Below are positions 41,364 to 49,244 of a DNA stretch of 64,000 nt, one piece after another. Every line of letters begins with the position of its first letter. Positions within the stretch are counted from its first letter, which is position 1. The stretch is from Candidatus Sumerlaeaceae bacterium (GTDB taxonomy: Bacteria; Sumerlaeota; Sumerlaeia; Sumerlaeales; Sumerlaeaceae): positions 101,822 through 165,821 of the forward strand of contig JBMFRB010000005.1 in assembly GCA_049968255.1 (NCBI GenBank). The letters run 5' to 3'. The notes beneath the pieces were generated by a model. It was not told the origin of the DNA, did no database searches, and saw only the letters and a list, made by a program, of their open reading frames with translations. Position numbers and translations under genes: made by a program.

Positions 41364-42008
41364 ATGAAAACGCGATTTTCTCATCTCATCATTCTGGCAA
41401 TTTGTGCCGCAATGCTCGTAGGCTGTGGCAGCGATAAGGATAAAAAGCGCTCCGAAAAAGAACGATCGGCTCGCGTGGCCGTGCGCGCAGAGGAAGTACG
41501 CAAACGCCTAGACGACCTCCAGCATTCGCTGGTGCAGCTCTACCAAGAGACAGAAATCCAGCAGATGAAAATTCGCGCGGCGCAAGAAAATCTGGCCGCT
41601 TTGCGCAAGAGCCTTGGCGAGCTGGCGCGCAGCGAGCGCGCTTATTTGGAAACATCGGCCACCGGAAGCGCCGCCATCGAAGTGCCTCGGCTAAAGTACA
41701 TGGAGGAGCCGCGGGCACCTGAAACAAACAAGAAAAGAAAAGAGAATCGGGCGCTGGAAACACTTCTGCTCCTGGCCTTTGCAGCATTCCTTGTGACGAT
41801 TGGCTACAAGCTCTATCAAAAGAAATCGCGCTCCGAAGAAGACTCCAGCGCGGGCGATAGCGGCGACTCTTACACCATTATCAAGCCGCCGCCTGCCGAT
41901 CAGATGGGCCAGAGCGAAGCCGCGCAAGCCCCCGAGAAGGTGGAACCGCCGCAGGATGAGCCAAAGGCCGGCGAATCCGATAAGCCAAGCAATGACACGT
42001 CAGCATAA
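41364..42008 (+). CDS. Putative lipoprotein with coiled coil and a second TM helix
   Basis: Lipobox LVGC, heptad region, TM LLLLAFAAFLVTIGY, acidic/Pro-rich tail. Confidence 0.72.
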   Translation: MKTRFSHLIILAICAAMLVGCGSDKDKKRSEKERSARVAVRAEEVRKRLDDLQHSLVQLYQETEIQQMKIRAAQENLAALRKSLGELARSERAYLETSATGSAAIEVPRLKYMEEPRAPETNKKRKENRALETLLLLAFAAFLVTIGYKLYQKKSRSEEDSSAGDSGDSYTIIKPPPADQMGQSEAAQAPEKVEPPQDEPKAGESDKPSNDTSA

Positions 42009-42060
42009 ACAAGTTTATTAACCGCCAAGATATTAAGATAAGGAGCTAGCTCGGTCCCTC

Positions 42061-42975
42061 GTGACGTGCGACCTCACTACAAGCGTCGGTCCTTTGACGC
42101 TCAAAAATCCGGTGACCGTCGCATCCGGCACTTTTGGTTACGGACTTGAATTCGCCGAGTTTTATGATCCGGTGCTGCTGGGTGGCATCTTTCTCAAGGG
42201 GCTGACGCGCGAACCACGTGCCGGTAACGAACTACCCCGCCTCGTCGAAACGCCCAGCGGCCTTATCAACTCGATTGGACTGCAGAACATTGGCATCGAG
42301 GAATTCTGCACCCACAAGTGGAGAGAGCTGGAAGGCATTAACACACTCATCGGAGTGAACATCAGCGGGCGCTCGCCAGAGGAATATGCCGAGCTTACGG
42401 AGCGCGCCTCGCAGGTGCCCATCGTCGGAGCTATCGAAGTAAACGTCTCGTGCCCAAATGTCAAAGAAGGCGGCGTGGAATTCGGCCGCTCCGCCGAGCA
42501 TATTCGCACGATCACGCGTGCCTGCGTGGAGGCCAGCCGCGTGCCGGTTATTGTCAAGCTTTCGCCCAACGTGACCGACCTCGTGCCGCTCGCGGCGGCA
42601 GCCATGGAGTCGGGGGCGACCGCCGTGAGCCTCGTCAACACCTTTTTAGCGATGGCCATTGATGCGCAAACGCGCCGCCCAGTACTACGCAATATCTTCG
42701 GCGGGTTGAGCGGCCCCGCGATCAAGCCCATCGCGCTGCGGATGGTGTGGCAGGTGTGGCGCGAGCTGCGCTGCCCCATCATCGGCATGGGGGGCATCAT
42801 GAGCGGCACCGACGCCGTTGAATTCCTGCTAGCCGGTGCAAGCGCTGTGAGCGTGGGTACGGCCAACTTTGTCAATCCGACAGCGGGACGCGATATTTTG
42901 CGCGAGCTTGAGGACTATTGCGAACGCCACGGCGTCCGCCGTGTGCGCGAGCTTGTCGGCGCTGCTCACGCCTGA
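42061..42975 (+). CDS. pyrD: Dihydroorotate dehydrogenase (family 1B catalytic subunit)
   Basis: ASGTFG, INSIGLQN, NVSCPNV, KLSPNVTD, GGLSGPAIKP, GMGGI. Confidence 0.96.
   Translation: MTCDLTTSVGPLTLKNPVTVASGTFGYGLEFAEFYDPVLLGGIFLKGLTREPRAGNELPRLVETPSGLINSIGLQNIGIEEFCTHKWRELEGINTLIGVNISGRSPEEYAELTERASQVPIVGAIEVNVSCPNVKEGGVEFGRSAEHIRTITRACVEASRVPVIVKLSPNVTDLVPLAAAAMESGATAVSLVNTFLAMAIDAQTRRPVLRNIFGGLSGPAIKPIALRMVWQVWRELRCPIIGMGGIMSGTDAVEFLLAGASAVSVGTANFVNPTAGRDILRELEDYCERHGVRRVRELVGAAHA
42883..42969 (+). repeat. Direct repeat copy 1 (pyrD 3' end)
   Basis: Aligns without gaps to 47053-47139, 68/87 nt by hand count. Confidence 0.92.
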
Positions 42976-42979
42976 AGCA

Positions 42980-43080
42980 GGAAAGACGCGCCAGAGAAGA
43001 GGCCTTCTCGTGCACTCAACGGCAGGTGTGGCCACGACTTGTTCGGGAAAGACCCGCCAGAGAAGCGACGTTCTCCTGCA
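42980..43080 (+). repeat. Two 35-nt hairpin-containing direct repeats separated by 31 nt
   Basis: GGAAAGACGCGCCAGAGAAGAGGCCTTCTCGTGCA (42980-43014) vs GGAAAGACCCGCCAGAGAAGCGACGTTCTCCTGCA (43046-43080), 30/35 identical. Confidence 0.85.
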
Positions 43081-43529
43081 ACCCTCTTCCGGCCGCGCCG
43101 CAACGCTAAACCGCCCCACTTTCGCGACATGTCGTTCCCTAGTGGCCGTTCGTTCCAAAGACTAACAAGGGCAATGGGCGCAGCCGACGCGAACTCTGCC
43201 TCACAAAGTGCATGGAAGGTCAGTCATTCGTACTCAGCGCTAACCTCCCGCCATGATACGGCGCTCAGAAGCGTGAGCGCTGCGACCGAGAGGAATTTGT
43301 CCTCACAAGCCACAAATCCACGCCGCAGGAATGCTCCAGGCATCGCGCTGCTACCCTCCCGCTGCCCGAGCCAAGTCCAAAAACAGACAGCGGCGGCTGA
43401 AGGCCAATCCTTGAGCCGCTGCACACAAAAAACTTTCAAAAAAACATTACACCGCGAATAAGTGTTTTTTTTTTTCAATATTCCACAATGGCACATGCCA
43501 ACATATTTTTCTGCAAAAGGAGAAGAACG

Positions 43530-43745
43530 ATGAATCGCTTCACGCTTTTGCCACTCGTGGCTCTCATTTCTCTTGCTCCGGTGCTCGGCTGGTCAGACAC
43601 TCCGCAGTGCTCATGGTCAGCCGACAGAAGGCAGTGCCTCGTAGAGCTTGCAACATGCGAGCCTCCTCTGGCGAGCTGCGGAGGGCAGGGTTTCTGGCAG
43701 AGTGGCCCATGGGCGGGCGACGCAATATGTCACTGCCACGAGTAG
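43530..43745 (+). CDS. Small secreted six-cysteine peptide (71 aa precursor)
   Basis: AAGGAG RBS, signal peptide MNRFTLLPLVALISLAPVLGWS, mature region C-x8-C-x6-C-x6-C-x16-C-x-C. Confidence 0.75.
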   Translation: MNRFTLLPLVALISLAPVLGWSDTPQCSWSADRRQCLVELATCEPPLASCGGQGFWQSGPWAGDAICHCHE

Positions 43746-43755
43746 AGAGTTGAGC

Positions 43756-44724
43756 ATGGAAACAAGGCATCACCTCTTCGTTTTTACATGGGGTCTAGTG
43801 TTTCTATGGTTGGGCGCCGAGGGCATCGGCGCCCAGTCCACCTTGCCGAAAGGCCCTGTTCACCTTGTCCCCGAGCAACTGTCGCTCTGGAAAAATCACA
43901 ATGTTTATTGCCGAAGCCGGTGCGTTGTTGATGATATCCAAGCCAAAACCCAGCATCATTACACTGTCACATCATACCACTTTGGCACTCATGACCTCAT
44001 TATTCATGCAAAAAGCAACCATGCCGAAATCGTTGGATATTGGAATTTTGCACTTAGTACCGCCGACTACTGGATGAGGGGATGCGACCCCTATATCGTT
44101 TTCTTCCCTAAAAGCGGTTTCGAACTCCGTTTCGGTTCACTTGATCCATATTTCAATATATTTGAGAGCGCACGCTGCATTTTCTATGGCTGTGGATTCG
44201 AACACCTCAGCGTGCAATCGGAATTGAATCTTACGACTGTAACACTTTCAGTGTACAGCTCAGACCTCCTAGCCACAAGTACAATATATCATGTCTTCCG
44301 AGACAACCTTGTTGTAGCAAGATTCAAAATAGGAGAAATGGCTGCGCGATATGATAAGAACGGTCGTCTTAATCGCACTGCGGGCCCTCCTTCCTATACC
44401 TTTTACGAAACCTTCGACGACTACCAAACTTCCCATCCATTCTCATTTCCCACTCGGGTAATTTTTCAAGATCAGCCAAGCAATCCCAAGTACTACAAGT
44501 TTGTTCACCAAATTCTTGAAGCAGGACCAATAGACGTCAGTCTGAAGCCGCTCCTTTCTGCTCTTACTAAAAGTCTCCCGCACCGTATTTGTGCCCGTCC
44601 CCACCCCGTACCTATCAGTAGGCTTTTCCGCTCTCGCACATTGCTAGCACAAGCAACTTTCATTCTCATCATTCTGGTCTTAAGTGGGATTTTCTTCCTC
44701 CGAAAGGGAAAGAACCGCTCATAG
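43756..44724 (+). CDS. Hypothetical exported protein with C-terminal TM anchor
   Basis: Signal peptide METRHHLFVFTWGLVFLWLGAEGIGA; beta-rich body; TM then RKGKNRS. Confidence 0.7.
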   Translation: METRHHLFVFTWGLVFLWLGAEGIGAQSTLPKGPVHLVPEQLSLWKNHNVYCRSRCVVDDIQAKTQHHYTVTSYHFGTHDLIIHAKSNHAEIVGYWNFALSTADYWMRGCDPYIVFFPKSGFELRFGSLDPYFNIFESARCIFYGCGFEHLSVQSELNLTTVTLSVYSSDLLATSTIYHVFRDNLVVARFKIGEMAARYDKNGRLNRTAGPPSYTFYETFDDYQTSHPFSFPTRVIFQDQPSNPKYYKFVHQILEAGPIDVSLKPLLSALTKSLPHRICARPHPVPISRLFRSRTLLAQATFILIILVLSGIFFLRKGKNRS

Positions 44725-44787
44725 GGTTGTTTCGCTATTCGGAGTCTATATTTAAGTAAACGTCGGATCTGACAAGAGTGATTTGCT

Positions 44788-47151
44788 ATGAGCAGGCCTA
44801 GCATACATCATTTCGGCGAAACGCGCTTTCCCATTGCCCCTTTATTTGTCACCTTGTGTTCTCTCTTGGTTTGGGCGTTACCCTCACTTTCACTCAGTGG
44901 TTTTTTTGGTAGGTTCTTTTTCTATATGGTACATGGGGGTGCACCTATCGCCTCTGAGCTTGGTGTTCGCCCGTGGATTCTGCTGGTATTTGGTACAATC
45001 GTAGGAATACTGGCTTTCTCCTTGTCTCGAAGGATTGTATGGGTGGGATTTCTGCTGCTAAGTGCTTTCAGCGTCGCACAAGCATCTGTGCTAGACTTTC
45101 CGTGGCCCAAACGTGAGGAAGGAGTTATCTTTTTTGTCGCGCATACGGCTATGTGGCTTTTGCTGCCTTGCATTGTTTGGGCTTACGCAAATACACCTCG
45201 TGTGCGACACTTAATCCGCATAAGCTTTATTCCTCTTGGCGTAATCAATTATTTAACATTCGTTTTATGGTTGTCAAAGTCTAGTGTAGGAATAACTCTT
45301 GCCCCCTACGCTCCCTATGTGATGGACAGCTCAGGCATAAATGAAAATGCTTCGCGCTTCAGCGGAACCCTAAACTCGCCGAATGCGTTGGCTCTACTTG
45401 CCATAGTTACGTGGCCGGCGTTTTTGTCACCGATCCGTGCAGAGTGGTGCCGGTTCTATGCTTCGCTGTTACGAATCATTTCATTGGCCCTTATCTATGT
45501 TATGGTGTTTTTCACATATTCTCGCGCTGCGTATTTGGGCTTGATTGTGCAATTCTGTTTTCTCGCGCCGATAGTTTTTGCCCAAAGCCAAGGCTCGTCA
45601 AAACGAGCTGCAGATCATGCGTTCCTCGCCCTAGGCCTTGCTTGCGTTATAGCTGTTTTAGTGAATTCTGTTCGTCAGCGGGTGATTTCTGCGTTTAGCG
45701 GAGGGACTGATGCATCGATTCTTAATCGTTTGGAAGTTTATTCCGTGGCGTTACGACTTTTATGGGAGCGCCCATTTTGCGGCTGGGGCCCGGGCTCGTT
45801 TGCGCATTTATACAATGTGTTCTATCGCATCCCTGGGGTGAATTATGCTTTCCACGATGTTCACAGTGCATTCTTTTCACGTTTTCTCGACATTGGTTTT
45901 GCGGGTATTTGCCTCGAAGTGATACTACTTCTGGGGCTGTCACCTTTTAAAAATGTCAAGCGGGTTCCTTTGTGGGTTCGGCTGAGTTTCGTCGGAGCAA
46001 TAGTGCCCTCGATTGCAGAAAACGCTTCCCGAGTCACGTTTGCAGTAGACATAGCATGGATATGGATAGCTGCCGTCGTCGTCATATACACGCGAGGAGC
46101 CAACGCTCGGAGTAATAAATGTGATAGCGACAGAACAAGAAGTTTATTATTTACCTGTGCATGTTCCGGACTGTGGCTCATGAATTTCGTGGTTGAGCCC
46201 AAAAACGCGTGCGACCGACTAAACGCTGAATTGAACCGGCTTTGTTCATCACTTGTCGGCAAGACGACCGCCTCTGTGTATATCTCTGATGTCGGAACTG
46301 TTTGGCGCTCGAAGGAGGAGAGAGAGTTTCCAAGTGTTATAGCCTCTATGCTGCTCTTGTCCGAAGCCTCCGTTGCGAAGCCGGAAACGATGATAGACCT
46401 GGTCGATTTCCGCCCTGTACCAGCCATGGAGCGAAACGTTCCCATAATCCTGAAAGCGCCGGAGGCCGCGGCCTATCTGTTGTACGCCTCTGACCCGCTC
46501 GCTGCCCAACGATTAGTTGATCTTTTGCCAGCAGACCTTTTGAGAGAGGTGGCTCGACGAGATTTTAGGTGCGAACCGTTTCATGCGGTGGCTGCTGAGA
46601 ATTTTTGTCCGACGTGCGCTCTGTACGAAATCCCGCGACAACGGGAATTCGTTGGTCGTGGTCTACGCACCTACGCAACCACCGCCACTATCTCGCAGGT
46701 TGCGAATGCTTTTGCCAAAATTCTGGAAACGACGACCTCAGCTGTGGTTCCAATCCGGACTGCGCTGGCTGACTCCCGTGATGAGTGGGGGATGCTTCGT
46801 CATTTAGGGGGCGTAGGTTCTGTCTGGGGCCTCAGTTTTTACTCTGGGCCAAAACGCGAGGAAATAGTGGCCATTCCGCTAACTGGCGGTGGACAGCTTG
46901 TTCTGGCGATGGAGTATGAAGCGAGGCAGAGCATTCCGGCACGTGTCGATTCGGCTGCGAATAAAGTTTTTGCACTTACCGCCTGGCGATGTTGGTGTGT
47001 GCTCCAGGCCGAAGGAGAAGAAACGTTTGTGTCCCTGGCCAAACGCAACCCTGCGGGGTGCGATATCCTGCGCGAGCTTCAGGACTACTGTACGCGCCAC
47101 GGCGTGCGCCATGTGCACGAACTTATCGGTGCCGCACAGCCGCCATGGTAG
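44788..47151 (+). CDS. O-antigen ligase/O-OTase (Wzy_C) family protein fused to degenerate class A beta-lactamase-like domain; C-terminus derived from pyrD
   Basis: RFSGTLNSPNALA, FTYSRAAYLG, RLEVY...ERPFCGWGPGSF, HDVHS; many TMs; soluble C-terminal domain. Confidence 0.8.
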   Translation: MSRPSIHHFGETRFPIAPLFVTLCSLLVWALPSLSLSGFFGRFFFYMVHGGAPIASELGVRPWILLVFGTIVGILAFSLSRRIVWVGFLLLSAFSVAQASVLDFPWPKREEGVIFFVAHTAMWLLLPCIVWAYANTPRVRHLIRISFIPLGVINYLTFVLWLSKSSVGITLAPYAPYVMDSSGINENASRFSGTLNSPNALALLAIVTWPAFLSPIRAEWCRFYASLLRIISLALIYVMVFFTYSRAAYLGLIVQFCFLAPIVFAQSQGSSKRAADHAFLALGLACVIAVLVNSVRQRVISAFSGGTDASILNRLEVYSVALRLLWERPFCGWGPGSFAHLYNVFYRIPGVNYAFHDVHSAFFSRFLDIGFAGICLEVILLLGLSPFKNVKRVPLWVRLSFVGAIVPSIAENASRVTFAVDIAWIWIAAVVVIYTRGANARSNKCDSDRTRSLLFTCACSGLWLMNFVVEPKNACDRLNAELNRLCSSLVGKTTASVYISDVGTVWRSKEEREFPSVIASMLLLSEASVAKPETMIDLVDFRPVPAMERNVPIILKAPEAAAYLLYASDPLAAQRLVDLLPADLLREVARRDFRCEPFHAVAAENFCPTCALYEIPRQREFVGRGLRTYATTATISQVANAFAKILETTTSAVVPIRTALADSRDEWGMLRHLGGVGSVWGLSFYSGPKREEIVAIPLTGGGQLVLAMEYEARQSIPARVDSAANKVFALTAWRCWCVLQAEGEETFVSLAKRNPAGCDILRELQDYCTRHGVRHVHELIGAAQPPW
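47053..47139 (+). repeat. Direct repeat copy 2 (displaced pyrD 3' fragment)
   Basis: Encodes AGCDILRELQDYCTRHGVRHVHELIGAAQ vs PyrD AGRDILRELEDYCERHGVRRVRELVGAAH. Confidence 0.92.
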
Positions 47152-47507
47152 CCCACCGCAAAGCGACCCATTACATCAATGGCTCGGGCCGATCGTAGCC
47201 CGCGCCAAAGTGTGGGATCGGAAGTCCTCCCTATGATTAGCAAGGCCCCCGTTCGGATATGCAGCGATGCTGCAGCGCACGACTGTCGGAAGCTTTGTTG
47301 ATGAGCTCACCCAACTGGCAACTGTCCCCTCCACGGCCGCCGGCGGTTCATGCAAGCTCCCCGTCGTCGCCGGCTCACTTGCGCACTCCGCTAACTCACT
47401 CGCGTAGAAATCCTAACGACCGCCAAGTGACGCCAAAATGATCACGCGCACCAGAAAGTAGAATTCTTCTGTGGTCCCAGAGAGGCTTTGATTGTACTGC
47501 TGGCAGA

Positions 47508-48482
47508 TCAGTGTTCTGTGGTGATGACTTCGAGCGGCGGTGGGCCCACATAGAGATTCACGCGCAGCTCGATGGGGTCGCGATAGCGCCGAACCGTAAA
47601 GATCCCGATGTCCTTCGGGCCAGTGTTGATATTTTCGCCAATACTCACCCGGTACGTATCACCCTCGTGGGCTGGAATGGCAAAGCGTGCGGCGACGGGC
47701 TCGTCCTCCGCGCCGGAGGGCAACGTTAGCGACTCCCTTACGACTGCCTCAAGCGGCGTGAGTGTCACTGGCACATTGATCATCCGGCGAAAGGGCAATT
47801 CATACACGGACACTTCCGCACGCACGACAGGGACGACGGGAAGAAAAAGTGCGCTGGTGGTTTTCGCGTCGCCCACACGCAGGCGAAACCGCCGCTCCGG
47901 GGGATTGCTTGGCCATAAGCGCACCTCCTCGCCAGATAGGGGCTGGTAGTTGGCGAAAATCTCAAGCTCGACTTCGTCAAGTTTTCCCTTGGCTGGAGCG
48001 AGCAAAATGCGCGTGAACCCTCCGCCATTGGTCACAAAGGGACCGCCAACTGTGCTGCCACCATAGCCGTAGATGGCAAAGTCGCTCACGGGCTGCAAAT
48101 TGACGCGATCGAACACGAAGACGCATAAACTGGGAGAAGACGCGGAGGCCGGAGGGAGAGCACTCTTCTCGAACGTAGAAATAATATCCTGCGGAGAGCT
48201 GGTGAGTTCCGGGAGCCATCGCGATCTCGCGGGCTGCCGCGCCACGGTACCCGAAGCGAGGGCGGCTGTCGTGGTCATGGTCGGAGCGCTCTGAGTGTAA
48301 AGCGAGGCTGAAGTGGATGGCGGCTCCACTCGCTTAGCGGCTGGCGATGTCACCGCTGTGGCCGCATCAACATAGACGGCGCGCTGCAGAGTGCTTGTCG
48401 TCAGAGCCGCAGCATGGGGAGCGAAGAACGTTAGTGCGCCCACCACACTCAGCACAATGAACGAATTAATGATCTGCTGCAT
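47508..48482 (-). CDS. Secreted hypothetical protein with S/T/A/P-rich linker and beta-sandwich-like C-terminal region
   Basis: Signal peptide ...VVGALTFFAPHAAA; low-complexity linker; start uncertain (48482 or 48518). Confidence 0.65.
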   Translation of the reverse strand: MQQIINSFIVLSVVGALTFFAPHAAALTTSTLQRAVYVDAATAVTSPAAKRVEPPSTSASLYTQSAPTMTTTAALASGTVARQPARSRWLPELTSSPQDIISTFEKSALPPASASSPSLCVFVFDRVNLQPVSDFAIYGYGGSTVGGPFVTNGGGFTRILLAPAKGKLDEVELEIFANYQPLSGEEVRLWPSNPPERRFRLRVGDAKTTSALFLPVVPVVRAEVSVYELPFRRMINVPVTLTPLEAVVRESLTLPSGAEDEPVAARFAIPAHEGDTYRVSIGENINTGPKDIGIFTVRRYRDPIELRVNLYVGPPPLEVITTEH

Positions 48483-49133
48483 GTTCGAGTCCTCCCATTG
48501 GACGGTCTTCAGCGACACAATATCGATAATTTCTTATCTTTCTATTATAATGTTAAGCCGTGCAAACTATTATGTTATTCGTTTCAAGCCTCTCAGGTTA
48601 TCGTTTTTGCTCAATGATACATCGATCTTAATGCCGCCCCTTTGTGGACAAGGCTCGATGCCCACATCTCTTCACATTTTTTCCGTAATCGAGGTCGCAA
48701 ACTCCGAGTGCATCCGTGCGATAAATTGTCATCGCTGTATTGCCCGGATGCCTGGCCTTTTGCGTCGAGTGGGCTTTGCGGCTTCTGGGGTGCGCCACGA
48801 GAAACCGCCGTTTTGCAGACACTGAATTGCATTGCCCGACTGTGGCCTACTTGGCAAAGCTCAGAAACAACTTTACCAGCAACGCAAGGCTTGGTCTGGC
48901 TGCGGGCCTTGCAGGGGCTTATCCAAGACTACGACTCCGTTTGTCCTAAGCTTAGGATATCGCCTAGCTTTCGCCACCTCGGGAAAGTTTGTGGCCGCGA
49001 ATACCACAGACGCGAGAAGAATGGTAGGGCTGCTTTTTTCTTCATACATGTGGAACTCAGCTAGGCAAACACAATGTGTCGTCATCCTGCGCAACGCCGT
49101 ATTGTTTTGTAGCCTAACTTCTCGTCAACTGGC

Positions 49134-49173
49134 AAAAAAATCAGGGAGGAGACCCACTCGGATCTCCTCCCCT
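49134..49173 (-). terminator. Rho-independent terminator
   Basis: Minus strand GGGAGGAGA-loop-TCTCCTCCC then TGATTTTTTT, downstream of the CDS ending at 49245. Confidence 0.8.
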
Positions 49174-49244
49174 TTCTCGCCTCAGTTTGGCAAGAGGTTA
49201 GCCATCGGCGCTCGCCTCATCGCCAAACCTAGAAACGCAGGCGT

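Larger units (their letters stand above)
42976..47139. mobile_element. Putative genomic islet inserted at pyrD 3' end (no integrase visible)
   Basis: Flanked by diverged pyrD 3' duplicates; visibly AT-richer; orphan-like genes. Confidence 0.65.

Noticed and set aside
42980-43080. Calling the 35-nt repeat pair a CRISPR array
   Set aside because: Only two imperfect repeats, no third copy at the 66-nt period and no cas genes; kept as a repeat
43648-43755. Upstream TTG start for the 358-aa ORF
   Set aside because: Would overlap the six-Cys peptide gene; ATG 43756 gives a clean signal peptide
48700-48830. c-di-GMP-I riboswitch suggested by GCAAAG words on the minus strand
   Set aside because: Lacks the GGCAAAC...GAAA-capped P2 arrangement
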